From an uncultured delta proteobacterium (lineage in GTDB: Bacteria; Desulfobacterota; Binatia; UBA9968), in assembly GCA_963760795.1 (NCBI GenBank), contig CAVXEP010000019.1:224001-288000 (forward strand): DNA of 64,000 bases. Direction: 5' to 3'. The stretch's first letter is position 1; each line of letters starts with the position of its first letter. Positions 52,631-61,834 of this stretch are shown here, piece by piece. Under the pieces are notes generated by a model. That model worked only from the letters and a program-made list of their open reading frames with translations. It was not told the DNA's origin and searched no databases. A program made the translations under genes and the position numbers.

Positions 52631-52662
52631 AACGATCAGCAGGGAAAGGAGGTGGTCCAGAC

Positions 52663-52704
52663 ATGATTGATTTAAGTACTGGCTGTGAGGTGGCTGAGAC
52701 TTAG
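52663..52704 (+). CDS. Candidate 13-aa micro-ORF MIDLSTGCEVAET
   Basis: ATG 10 nt after AGGAGG; TAG at 52702-52704. Confidence 0.4.
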   Translation: MIDLSTGCEVAET

Positions 52705-52772
52705 GCTCTAGGCGGCGACTCTGAATGGAGATTCGGGCCTAGAGCCTGAGAATCTCCCTCAGCCACCGCAGT

Positions 52773-52825
52773 GGCCCGCTGCACCGGTCGCGCAAGCTGC
52801 CGAGTGTAGCGGGCCTTTTATTTTT
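52773..52825 (+). terminator. Intrinsic terminator
   Basis: GGCCCGCTGCAC/GTGTAGCGGGCC 12-bp stem (one G-U) followed by TTTTATTTTT. Confidence 0.75.
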
Positions 52826-53523
52826 GCAGCATTTTAAGTGCCGAATCGGCGCTCTTTTTGATCTGCCCATTGCCGTTCCGGCTCGCTTCGTTCAACGCCC
52901 GCATAAATTCTTCATCCGGCGACCCTAGACTAGCCAGGGTTACGGCGACTACGTTTTTCACGCGGTCATCTGCATCATGCAAATAAGTAGCTAGAAGCTT
53001 TTGCCGGACGGCGGCATCGACATCGGTTCTCACTTTCAGACTGGTAGCGGCGGCAACGCGCACTGTCGGTTCTTCGTCGTCCAACGCCTGCAACATTGCT
53101 AGCCGACTCTACAGCGTCGTGCAAAGCCAAGTCGCGCAGACAGTAGAGCGCCATGCGTTTCTGATTGGCGCTGCCAGTCACGCATAGTTCTACCAGTAGC
53201 GGGACCACGGCGCCTTCCTGCTGGGCGATGCGCACGAGCAGCAGGCCGTTGGCCCAGCGAATATCCGGTTCGCGGTGATCGAGGGCGTCGAGTAGTGTGC
53301 GAATCACAACTCCCGAAGGCCGGGCTTGATGGCCGAGAATGTAAGCGACCGGCCAATAGTTTCTGTGATCCGCTTCGCTGAGGCGATTATGGAGTGCTTG
53401 TCTAAGAGTTTCGGAAGTCTCGGCCAATGCGATTAGCTTGTCGACGGCGGCGCGGATCGTTGGCTTGTCGGGATGATCGAGGGCGGCGATGAGATCGGTA
53501 ATCTCGCGTGGCTCGGTGGTCAT
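52818..53523 (-). CDS. HEAT-repeat (PBS lyase-like) protein; frameshift near 53105
   Basis: LIAALDHPDKPTIRAA, LLDALDHREPDIRWA, ALDDEEPTVRVAAA across ORFs 52975-53523 and 52818-53096. Confidence 0.78.
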
Positions 53524-53554
53524 GGGCGAACTCCAACGCGAAAGGTTAGCCGAT

Positions 53555-54748
53555 TTAGATTTCTAAAAACTGCGGGCAGTCGGTCAAGTTGCGGTTGCCT
53601 TTGGGCTTGACCACGACGACATCTTCCAATCTGACGCCGCCGACGCCGATGTAATAGAGTCCCGGTTCCACGGTGACCACATGGCCGGTGCGCAAGATCG
53701 CGTCGACGGGTGCGATGCGCGGTGGCTCGTGAATGTCCAACCCCAAGCCATGGCCGGTGCCGTGGAAGAAGCCCTGCATGCGGCCATTAATTTTCCCAGT
53801 CGGGAAGCCGCGGGCTGCGAACATGTTCAAAATATTCTGGTGTACTTCTTTGCCGTTGACGCCGTCGCGGATCTGCGCGTAGCCGATTTGCTGGCCGGCT
53901 TGCACCGTGGCGTAGATCTCTTTTAATTTTTCCGACGCTCGGCCGCGCACCACGGTGCGGCTCAAATCGCCGAAATAACCATTGTGTTGCGAGCGCGGAA
54001 AGATATCGAAGATGATCGAGGTGTTCGCTTTGACCGGCCCGGTGCCTTCATGATGCGGATCGACGCATTGGTTACCGGATGAAATGATCGTGTGGCTCGG
54101 CAGCCAGCCTTGCGCCATGATTGTCGTATTGACCGCGGTCTTGAGCATTTCCGAAGTCAGCCTGGTGCCGTTGAGATAGAGATAGCCGTCGCGCTTGGTC
54201 GTGGTCCGTTTGAGCATGCGGATGCCGGCTTCCAAGCCGAGGCGGGCGATGCGCAGGGATTCGGCGATCTGTTTCACTTCGAGATTATTCTTTGTCTCGC
54301 GCCGGGGCCAGAAGGGGTCGCGCTTGATTTGCACGCTGTAGCCCTTGGCGCGCAGCTGGTCCAACAGGAGCGCGGAGAAATTCGCCGGCACGATCAGCGA
54401 GCGAATGGCGCGTTCGCGAAATATCAAGTCGACGATGTCGATGACCGCCGCCGGCGATTTGCCGAGCTTGCGCAGCTTCTTCTGATACAGGGACAAAGAC
54501 AAAGTCCGGTCGGCATGGGCTTGCTTCTTGGCGCGGTCGATCTCCAGATCGCTCATGACGATGTGGCTATGGTTCTTGTGCTGAAAAAAAATAAACGGAT
54601 CGGGCACGAAGAAGCCGGTGGCGTAAAGCATGTTGGCGTCGCCTTCGCTGGCGGCGTAAAGCAGGATCGCCTGATTCGGTTTGAGTTGGATCGATTGCGG
54701 CGCCGAGCCGCTCGATAGGTTTTTTGCTTTTGTCTTCGCTTCAAACAT
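53555..54748 (-). CDS. Xaa-Pro peptidase family (M24) protein
   Basis: DPHH, IIFDIFP, GDLSRT, HGTGHGLGLDIHE, TVEPGLY, GVRLEDVV; the ORF extension overlapping pccB is not credible. Confidence 0.9.
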   Translation of the reverse strand: MFEAKTKAKNLSSGSAPQSIQLKPNQAILLYAASEGDANMLYATGFFVPDPFIFFQHKNHSHIVMSDLEIDRAKKQAHADRTLSLSLYQKKLRKLGKSPAAVIDIVDLIFRERAIRSLIVPANFSALLLDQLRAKGYSVQIKRDPFWPRRETKNNLEVKQIAESLRIARLGLEAGIRMLKRTTTKRDGYLYLNGTRLTSEMLKTAVNTTIMAQGWLPSHTIISSGNQCVDPHHEGTGPVKANTSIIFDIFPRSQHNGYFGDLSRTVVRGRASEKLKEIYATVQAGQQIGYAQIRDGVNGKEVHQNILNMFAARGFPTGKINGRMQGFFHGTGHGLGLDIHEPPRIAPVDAILRTGHVVTVEPGLYYIGVGGVRLEDVVVVKPKGNRNLTDCPQFLEI

Positions 54749-54858
54749 GATTACTTGATCGCCTCGATTCGCGTTGGTTATGGTTTCTAGTAGCTCGATC
54801 AATTTAACAACTTGGCTCTGGAACTGCAAGATTTTCCTCGTGATTTCGCGCGATTCGG

Positions 54859-54886
54859 TTGACAGTAGAGAGGCTTTTGTTATGAT
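54859..54886 (+). promoter_or_regulatory. Putative sigma70 promoter of the carboxylase operon
   Basis: TTGACA-N16-TATGAT with an extended -10 TG. Confidence 0.6.
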
Positions 54887-54940
54887 GCCGCCACTCGCTG
54901 GCGAAACTATTTTGCTTTCGCGTCTAAGGAATTTCTCTCG

Positions 54941-56491
54941 ATGACGATCGCTAACAATCTCGACAAACTCCGTGAACTCAACGACAAAGCTGAAGCTGGC
55001 GGTGGCGCCGACCGGGCGCGCCGGCAGCATGAACAGGGTAAACTTCTGGCGCGTGAGCGTCTCGACATTCTGCTCGACAGCGGCAGTTTCGTCGAGATCG
55101 ACCGCCTGCGCACGCACCACAGCACTGACTTCGGCCTCGATAAACAGAGATTTTTAGGCGACGCGGTAGTCTGCGGCTACGGCGCTATCGATGGCCGGCT
55201 CGTCTATGTCTACTCACAGGATTTCACTGTTTTTGGCGGCAGCCTGAGCCGTGTGGTGGCCGACAAGATCTGCAAGGTCATGGACATGGCTATCAAGAAC
55301 GGCGCGCCGTTGATTGGCATCAACGACTCCGGCGGCGCGCGCATTCAAGAAGGCGTCGACAGCCTCGCCGGCTACGGCGATATCTTTCAACGCAACGTGA
55401 TGGCGTCCGGTGTGGTGCCGCAGATTACCGCGATCATGGGTCCGTGCGCCGGCGGCGCGGTCTATTCGCCGGCGATCACCGACTTCATCTTCATGGTCAA
55501 AACCAACAGCTACATGTTCATCACCGGTCCGGACGTGATCAAGACGGTGACCCATGAAGAGGTGACTAAAGAGGACTTGGGCGGCGCGGAGACGCATACG
55601 GGCAAGAGCGGCGTGGCGCATTTTACCGCCAATACCGAAAAGGACTGCTTGCTGATGATTCGCGAGCTGGTTAGTTTTCTACCCAGCAACAATCAGGAAG
55701 ATCCACCGTTTCGGCCGACCCATGACGATCCGCTGCGACGCGACAAGCGGCTCAAAGATATCATCCCTGATAATCCAAACCGCCCCTACGACATGAAAGA
55801 TTTGATCGGCGCGGTGGTGGATGAAGGTTACTTCTACGAAGTCCAACCGGAGTTCGCACGCAATATTCTTATCGGCTTCGCTCATATCGGCGGCCGCTCT
55901 ATTGGCATTGTCGCCAACCAGCCGAATCACTTGGCGGGCTGTCTCGACATCAATGCCTCGGTGAAGGCGGCGCGCTTTATCCGTTTCTGTGACTGTTTCA
56001 ATTTTCCCATCGTGACGTTTGTCGATGTGCCGGGTTTCTTGCCCGGCACCGAGCAGGAATATCATGGCATCATTCGCCATGGCGCGAAGTTGCTTTACGC
56101 TTATGCCGAAGCGACGGTGCCGAAAGTCACCATCGTCACGCGCAAGGCTTACGGCGGCGGCTACATCGTCATGGCGAGCAAGCACCTGCGCGGCGATGTT
56201 AACTTGGTCTATCCCACCGGCGAGATCGCAGTCATGGGGCCGGAAGGGGCGATCAACATCGTCTTCCGCGGTGAATTGGAGAAGTCGGCCGATCCGGCCA
56301 AGGCCCGCGACGAGCTGGTCAACCATTATCGCGAGACTTTCGCCAATCCATTCAAAGCCGCCGAGTCAGGCTATGTCGACGGCATCGTCTATCCCGAGGA
56401 CACCCGGCCGACCTTGATCCGCGCCTTGGAAATGCTCAAGAACAAGCAAGATCACAATCCCCCCAAAAAGCATGGGAATATTCCACTCTAA
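54941..56491 (+). CDS. pccB: Acyl-CoA (propionyl/methylmalonyl-CoA) carboxyltransferase beta subunit
   Basis: [46 protein letters not shown]. Confidence 0.93.
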   Translation: MTIANNLDKLRELNDKAEAGGGADRARRQHEQGKLLARERLDILLDSGSFVEIDRLRTHHSTDFGLDKQRFLGDAVVCGYGAIDGRLVYVYSQDFTVFGGSLSRVVADKICKVMDMAIKNGAPLIGINDSGGARIQEGVDSLAGYGDIFQRNVMASGVVPQITAIMGPCAGGAVYSPAITDFIFMVKTNSYMFITGPDVIKTVTHEEVTKEDLGGAETHTGKSGVAHFTANTEKDCLLMIRELVSFLPSNNQEDPPFRPTHDDPLRRDKRLKDIIPDNPNRPYDMKDLIGAVVDEGYFYEVQPEFARNILIGFAHIGGRSIGIVANQPNHLAGCLDINASVKAARFIRFCDCFNFPIVTFVDVPGFLPGTEQEYHGIIRHGAKLLYAYAEATVPKVTIVTRKAYGGGYIVMASKHLRGDVNLVYPTGEIAVMGPEGAINIVFRGELEKSADPAKARDELVNHYRETFANPFKAAESGYVDGIVYPEDTRPTLIRALEMLKNKQDHNPPKKHGNIPL

Positions 56492-56494
56492 AAT

Positions 56495-56600
56495 GAGATG
56501 CGAGACAGAGGTTAGAGACCGAGACCGGATCGATAGGGTCGATGATCTCAATTCTCAATCTTTATTCTCTGTCTCGACTCTCGATCGCAAATCTCTGTCT
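56495..56600. repeat. Mirrored GAGAC/GTCTC-rich short-period repeat inside the carboxylase operon
   Basis: GAGATGCGAGACAGAGGTTAGAGACCGAGACCGGA ... TCTCAATTCTCAATCTTTATTCTCTGTCTCGACTCTCG. Confidence 0.55.
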
Positions 56601-56607
56601 GCCGACC

Positions 56608-58140
56608 ATGTTTAAGCGAATCCTCATCGCCAATCGTGGCGAAATCGCCGTGCGCATTGCGCGCGCTTGCCGTGAGCTCGATATCGAATCGATCGCGGTC
56701 TATTCGGAAGCCGACCGCGAGTCGCTGCATGTCAAATACGCCGATTACGCTTACGCGATTGGCCCGGCACCGTCTGCGCAGAGTTATCTGGTCATCGATC
56801 GTATTATCGACGTCTGCAAGAAAAGCGGCGCCGAGGCGGTCCATCCGGGTTACGGTTTCTTGGCGGAGAATGCCAAGTTCGCCCAACGCTGCAAGGATGA
56901 AGGCATCGTCTTTATCGGCCCATCGCCGGAAGTCATCGATCAGATGGGCGACAAAGTTAAAGCGCGCCAGATCATGAAAAATGCCGGCGTCCCGGTGGTG
57001 CCGGGTTCCGACGGCATTCTCACTTCCGAAGAGGAAGTGCTCCAGACCATGGAAGCGATCGGCTATCCATGCATGTTGAAGGCGGTGGCCGGCGGCGGCG
57101 GCAAAGGGCTACGGCTCGTACGCTCACGGCGCGAAGTGTCGTCGGCCTATCGCGCCGTCGGTTCGGAAGCCAAGTCGTCCTTCGGCGATCCGCGGCTGTA
57201 CGTCGAAAAGTTCATCGTCAAACCGCGTCATGTGGAGATTCAAATCCTCGCCGATGGTTACGGCCGGGTCATTCATCTCTACGACCGCGAGTGTTCGATC
57301 CAGCGGCGCCACCAGAAAGTTATCGAAGAGTCGCCTGCTCCAGGACTGGAAGACCGCACGCGCCGGCGCATCGGCCGGATCGCCATTCAAGGCGCCCGTG
57401 CTGTCGGCTACGTCGGCGCCGGGACGTTGGAGTTTTTGCTCGACAGCGAGCAGAATTTTTATTTCTTGGAAATGAACACCCGCCTGCAAGTCGAGCATGC
57501 GGTGACCGAGCGGGTGGTCGGCATCGATCTGGTCAAGGCGCAGATCGAAATAGCCGCAGGCGGTTATCTACCATGGCGCCAACGCCATATTACCCAGACT
57601 GGCCACGCCATCGAATGCCGGATTTACGCCGAAGATCCCGAGCGTGACTTCATGCCTTGCCCCGGCCGGATCGAAGGCTTACGTCTGCCCGAAGGGCTGG
57701 GCTTGAGAAACGATAACGGCGTCTACGAAGGCGCTGAAGTGTCGATCTATTACGATCCGATGATCGCCAAGTTGATCACCTGGGGTGAGAATCGCATCGA
57801 GGCGATCCTGCGCATGCGCCGGGCGCTGCGCGAGTACCAGGTGCGCGGCATCAAGACCAATATTTCGTTTCATCAATGGATCTTGCGCCACCCCCGGTTC
57901 ATGTCCGGCGACGTCAATACCGGGTTTATCGACGAAGAATTTATTCCCAAGGCCAACGAAGAAGTCTATCCGCACAAGGAGATCGCGCTCGCCTCGGCGG
58001 TCATCGCGGCGCTGCACGGCGAACATGAACGGACCATCGGCTTGCTTGCCAAGGGCGCGGCCGAACCGTCCAAGTGGCGTCAGCAGCGCGCGTCATTGCG
58101 CCGGTCGGCGACGCCCGGCAACCGCGGTTGGCGCCGTTAG
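56608..58140 (+). CDS. accC: Biotin carboxylase subunit
   Basis: ILIANRGEIA, HPGYGFLAEN, GGGGKG, RECSIQRRHQK, EMNTRLQVEH, YYDPMIAK. Confidence 0.93.
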   Translation: MFKRILIANRGEIAVRIARACRELDIESIAVYSEADRESLHVKYADYAYAIGPAPSAQSYLVIDRIIDVCKKSGAEAVHPGYGFLAENAKFAQRCKDEGIVFIGPSPEVIDQMGDKVKARQIMKNAGVPVVPGSDGILTSEEEVLQTMEAIGYPCMLKAVAGGGGKGLRLVRSRREVSSAYRAVGSEAKSSFGDPRLYVEKFIVKPRHVEIQILADGYGRVIHLYDRECSIQRRHQKVIEESPAPGLEDRTRRRIGRIAIQGARAVGYVGAGTLEFLLDSEQNFYFLEMNTRLQVEHAVTERVVGIDLVKAQIEIAAGGYLPWRQRHITQTGHAIECRIYAEDPERDFMPCPGRIEGLRLPEGLGLRNDNGVYEGAEVSIYYDPMIAKLITWGENRIEAILRMRRALREYQVRGIKTNISFHQWILRHPRFMSGDVNTGFIDEEFIPKANEEVYPHKEIALASAVIAALHGEHERTIGLLAKGAAEPSKWRQQRASLRRSATPGNRGWRR

Positions 58141-58151
58141 AGGATATCCCC

Positions 58152-58655
58152 ATGGCGTTTATCGGTAAGCTTGGCGATCAATCCTTCACCGTGGACATCG
58201 AGGAAACTGGTAAATCGGTTTACCGGGTCTCGGTGGACGGCAATGAATTTATCGTCGACGGCAAGAAGACCGGCCGGACCAACTATTCGCTGATTGTCGA
58301 CAATCGTTCCTTCGAGATCGAAGTCGATAACACCGACGATGACTACCGGGTGCTGGTCGATGGGCGCAATTACCACATCAATCTGGTCGATGAGCGGCGT
58401 GTGCGCGTCGGCGGGGCCCAGGCCGGCCTCGAACTCCAGGGACGCCAGAAGGTCACTGTACCGATGCCGGGGAAAATCATCGCTGTCCTGGTTTCCGAGG
58501 GGGAGCAGGTCGAAAAGGGCCAGGGACTGGTGATCGTCGAAGCGATGAAGATGGAAAACGAAGTGCATAGCCCCATCGCCGGCGAAGTCAAAGACATCAA
58601 AGTGAAGCCGGGAGATACCGTCGAAAGCGGCGCCCTGCTGTTGATCGTCGAGTAA
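58152..58655 (+). CDS. Biotin carboxyl carrier protein
   Basis: PMPGKI and the EAMKMENE biotinylation motif. Confidence 0.92.
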   Translation: MAFIGKLGDQSFTVDIEETGKSVYRVSVDGNEFIVDGKKTGRTNYSLIVDNRSFEIEVDNTDDDYRVLVDGRNYHINLVDERRVRVGGAQAGLELQGRQKVTVPMPGKIIAVLVSEGEQVEKGQGLVIVEAMKMENEVHSPIAGEVKDIKVKPGDTVESGALLLIVE

Positions 58656-58725
58656 GCAGGATTTAATCAAGATTTTTTCACATGATTATTGTCAGCTTAT
58701 TTCTTTCATGTTATAGCAGCGCTCC

Positions 58726-59277
58726 ATGATCCCGAAGAAATGTTTTTTTACCAAAGGTGTCGGTGTCCACAAGGAAAAGTTGGCATCCTTCGAGCTCGCC
58801 TTGCGGCAAGCTGGTCTGGCCTACTGTAATCTGGTGTTGGTGTCGAGCATCTTCCCGCCTTATTGCAAGCGACTTTCCAAGGAAGAGGGCGCCAAACTAC
58901 TGCGTCCCGGGGAGGTCGTGTTCAGCGTCTATGACCGTGAGAGCACCAACGAGCCCAATCGGTTGGTGGCCGCCTCCGTGGGTGTGGCGATTCCATCGGA
59001 TGAGAGCCAATACGGCTATCTGTCGGAGCATCACTCCTTCGGCGAGACCGACGAAAAGGCCGGCGACTACGCCGAGGATCTCGCCGCCAGCATGTTGGCT
59101 ACCACTCTAGGCATCGAGTTCAATCCCGACACCGCCTGGGACGAGCGCGAGCAGCTATTCAAAATGTCCGAGAAAATTGTCCGTACTTCCAACATCACCC
59201 AGTCCGCCATCGGCAACAAAGACGGCCTGTGGACCACGGTGTTTGCCGCTTGCGCGTTCATCAACGACGATAACTAA
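58726..59277 (+). CDS. pdaD: Pyruvoyl-dependent arginine decarboxylase
   Basis: [27 protein letters not shown] (Ser-Ser self-cleavage site), YGYLSEHH. Confidence 0.92.
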   Translation: MIPKKCFFTKGVGVHKEKLASFELALRQAGLAYCNLVLVSSIFPPYCKRLSKEEGAKLLRPGEVVFSVYDRESTNEPNRLVAASVGVAIPSDESQYGYLSEHHSFGETDEKAGDYAEDLAASMLATTLGIEFNPDTAWDEREQLFKMSEKIVRTSNITQSAIGNKDGLWTTVFAACAFINDDN

Positions 59278-59330
59278 GGGTTATTCGAATTCTAAAGAAA
59301 GTGGTGTTGGCTTTGACTGACGCCCCTTTT

Positions 59331-60104
59331 TTATTCGGCGGCCCGGTCTAACCGGTTCATTCGAAAGCGCGCCAGGTAGGCGACGGCGATGCTGAGGCCA
59401 TAGAGCATTAGCAGCGGCACCATCAGCAAAATTTGCGAGATCAAATCGGGCGGCGTCAGGATCGCCGCCAAGAGCGCAATGGCGATCAGAGCGTAGCGGC
59501 TGTGGTGGATCAAAAAGCGATGGTCGATCAGGCCCACCCGGGCGGTGAAAAACGCGATCACCGGCAGCTCGAACATGGCGCCGGAAGCTAAAACCATGCG
59601 TGAGATTGTCGACAGGTAGTCGCCGACTTGAAGCATCGGTGTAACGCCGATGACCTCGTAGCGATGCAGCAAGAAACTCAGTCCATGTTGCACCACGATG
59701 GCATAACTGAAAGCCGCTCCGAGGCAAAAGCACAGTGAACCGGCGAAGACGAAGCTGCGCGTATAGCGCTTCTCATGCTCGTAGAGTCCGGGCGCGACGA
59801 ATTGCCAGCCCTGCCACAAGAGCACTGGTAGAGCGACAACCACCGCGGCGGCGAAGCCGAGTTTCATCTTGGTAAAGAACGCTTCAGTAACGCCGGTGCC
59901 GATGAGTATCAGCCCCGGGATATTGAGACGGCGCACTGGCGCGGCGAGAATCGCGAATATCGTGTCGACGTAATAGAAGCAGGCGAAGAACGCGACGGCG
60001 ACGGCGAGCAGTGATTTGACCAGCCGTGAGCGCAATTCCCCCAGGTGGGAGGTAAAGGGCATTTGGACATCGGCATGCTGCCCGTTGCCGTCTGGCGTGG
60101 TCAC
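59331..60104 (-). CDS. tatC: Twin-arginine translocase subunit TatC
   Basis: [34 protein letters not shown]. Confidence 0.95.
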   Translation of the reverse strand: MTTPDGNGQHADVQMPFTSHLGELRSRLVKSLLAVAVAFFACFYYVDTIFAILAAPVRRLNIPGLILIGTGVTEAFFTKMKLGFAAAVVVALPVLLWQGWQFVAPGLYEHEKRYTRSFVFAGSLCFCLGAAFSYAIVVQHGLSFLLHRYEVIGVTPMLQVGDYLSTISRMVLASGAMFELPVIAFFTARVGLIDHRFLIHHSRYALIAIALLAAILTPPDLISQILLMVPLLMLYGLSIAVAYLARFRMNRLDRAAE

Positions 60105-60379
60105 TTTTTTTCTGCGGCGTTGGGAAGGGGATCGGCTACCGGAGTTTCGGCGGCTTGCGCGGGTTGGGGATCGACTGTTAGCGGTTCGGCCGGCGGTGGC
60201 GGCTCGTCAAGATCGGCCTCCACTTTGCGAAACTCATCTTTGAGCTCATCGGTGGCGCGGCGAAACTCGGCCAGTCCTTTGCCTAGGGTTTTGGCCAGTT
60301 CGGGTAGTTTCTTGGGTCCAAGGACAATCAAGGCCAATCCCAAGATCATCAGTAATTCCGGCATGCCGATACCAAACAT
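60101..60379 (-). CDS. tatB: Twin-arginine translocase TatA/TatB family subunit (TatB-like)
   Basis: [35 protein letters not shown]; Glu8 and GP are TatB-like. Confidence 0.85.
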   Translation of the reverse strand: MFGIGMPELLMILGLALIVLGPKKLPELAKTLGKGLAEFRRATDELKDEFRKVEADLDEPPPPAEPLTVDPQPAQAAETPVADPLPNAAEKK

Positions 60380-60464
60380 ACAGTTAAACTAAGCGATTTC
60401 ACTTGGCTCCGCAAGATTGCGCGATGGATATCGTTTGCTTGGCCCTGGTTGCGCGGAGCGAGAC

Positions 60465-60492
60465 GAGATTTCTCGCTGCGCTCGAAATCACA
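60465..60492 (-). repeat. 28-bp REP-like element
   Basis: Reverse complement TGTGATTTCGAGCGCAGCGAGAAATCTC. Confidence 0.65.
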
Positions 60493-60636
60493 GCTGAATT
60501 GCGCCGTAGCCAAGCAATCTAAGAAGATTCGGAATCGGAAGATTAGCGGAAACAACGCAAATCAAAATCGCCAAAGGAGGGCAGGATTGGAAACCGGCCC
60601 GCTTGATCATCACCGCAAGTAGAATACTAAGAACGT

Positions 60637-60664
60637 TGTCATCCCGAGTGCAGCGAGGGAGCTC
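60637..60664 (+). repeat. 28-bp REP-like element
   Basis: TGTCATCCCGAGTGCAGCGAGGGAGCTC. Confidence 0.6.
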
Positions 60665-60727
60665 GACCGAATCGAATCGCGGCGAAATCGCTTGGCAGCG
60701 CCTGGGCGTCGGTGTTAGGTTCTTTCA

Positions 60728-61757
60728 ATGGCGAAGACGGCGGTCGTAGTCGATAAAGAATATTTGAAACACCAGCCCGGCGAGTCTCATCCGGAGCGGC
60801 CCGAGCGCGTCAAAGTGTTGCTCGAATTGGCCAGTGAACTTGACGCGGCGAAGTTTCAATTACTGCCGCCCCAACCGGCCAAACGCGCCGATATCGCGGC
60901 GACCCATGGCGAAGAACACATCAAACTTATCGAAGCGACGGCGCAGCATAACCGCTACGCCTTGGACGGCGACACGATCACTTGTCGCGATTCGTACGCG
61001 GTCAGTTTATTGGCGGTGGGCGGGTTCATCGGTCTGCTCGATGCGGTCGCTGCTAAAGATTGCCGCAACGGTTTCGCTCTGGTGCGGCCACCGGGCCATC
61101 ATGCCCTGCGCAATCGCGCCATGGGGTTTTGTCTTTTCAACACCATGGCGATCGGCGCCGAGTATTTGCAGCGCACGCACGGCGCCAAGAAAATTCTCAT
61201 CATGGATTGGGACGTGCACCATGGCAACGGCACTCAGGATGCTTTTTACGCCGATCCTTCGGTACTGTTCATTTCGACCCATCAGTATCCCTATTACCCC
61301 GGCAGCGGTGCCGCTAACGAAGTTGGCAGCGGCGTGGGTGAAGGTTTCACCATCAATATCCCTCTGCCCGCTGGCTGTGCCGACGCCGAGTACGCTCAGG
61401 TATTTCACGATATCGTCGTGCCGGCGGCGGAAAAATTTTGCCCCGATTGGATTTTGGTGTCCGCCGGTTTCGACCCGCACCGGCGCGATCCGCTGGGCGG
61501 CATGGGAGTGAGCGACCAAGGCTTTGCGCTCATGGCGAGCCGGTTACTCGGACTCGCAGATAAATTCGCCGATGCCAAGATCGCCTTTCTTCTCGAAGGC
61601 GGTTACGATCTTGTGGGACTGCGCGGGTCAGTAGCGGCGGTGCTCGATACCATGCAATCGGGCGTCGCCCCGCGCGATCGAGGCGCCCAAGTTGAGTGAC
61701 AGCCGCATCGCCCCACTAGTTCGCCATATTCTACAGCTTCATGAACAATATCAGTAA
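60728..61757 (+). CDS. Histone deacetylase family (Zn-dependent amidohydrolase); probable C-terminal frameshift near 61672
   Basis: HPERPER, RPPGHHA, GFCLFN, DWDVHHGNGTQ, SAGFD, LEGGY; a plausible last helix (..SRIAPLVRHILQLHEQYQ*) is in another frame. Confidence 0.9.
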
Positions 61758-61834
61758 CTTGAATTTCCTATTGATTCACCGACGAGTCTCCATTATCTTA
61801 ATGTTCCAAATTCATTAAAGATTGGTTAAGTATT

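Larger units (their letters stand above)
52637..52825 (+). ncRNA. Candidate structured small RNA / mini-mRNA with extended 16S 3'-end complementarity
   Basis: Bounded by the promoter and terminator. GAAAGGAGGTGGTCCAG at 52644-52660; nested stems 52689-98/52758-67 and 52700-13/52737-50. Confidence 0.6.

Noticed and set aside
52644-52660. 16S rRNA gene fragment on the minus strand
   Set aside because: Similarity is limited to 17 nt; flanks do not continue as 16S or ITS sequence, and the motif sits in its own promoter-terminator unit.
52663-52704. Type I toxin or RiPP precursor
   Set aside because: The peptide is short, acidic and non-hydrophobic; I found no antisense promoter and no adjacent RiPP maturases.
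54749-55120. N-terminal extension of the M24 peptidase ORF overlapping pccB
   Set aside because: It is antisense to pccB and spans its promoter; the real start is probably at or after 54748.
58726-61757. Polyamine module of arginine decarboxylase plus HDAC-like deacetylase
   Set aside because: The genes are separated by oppositely oriented tatBC and appear to have their own promoters; no evidence of linkage.
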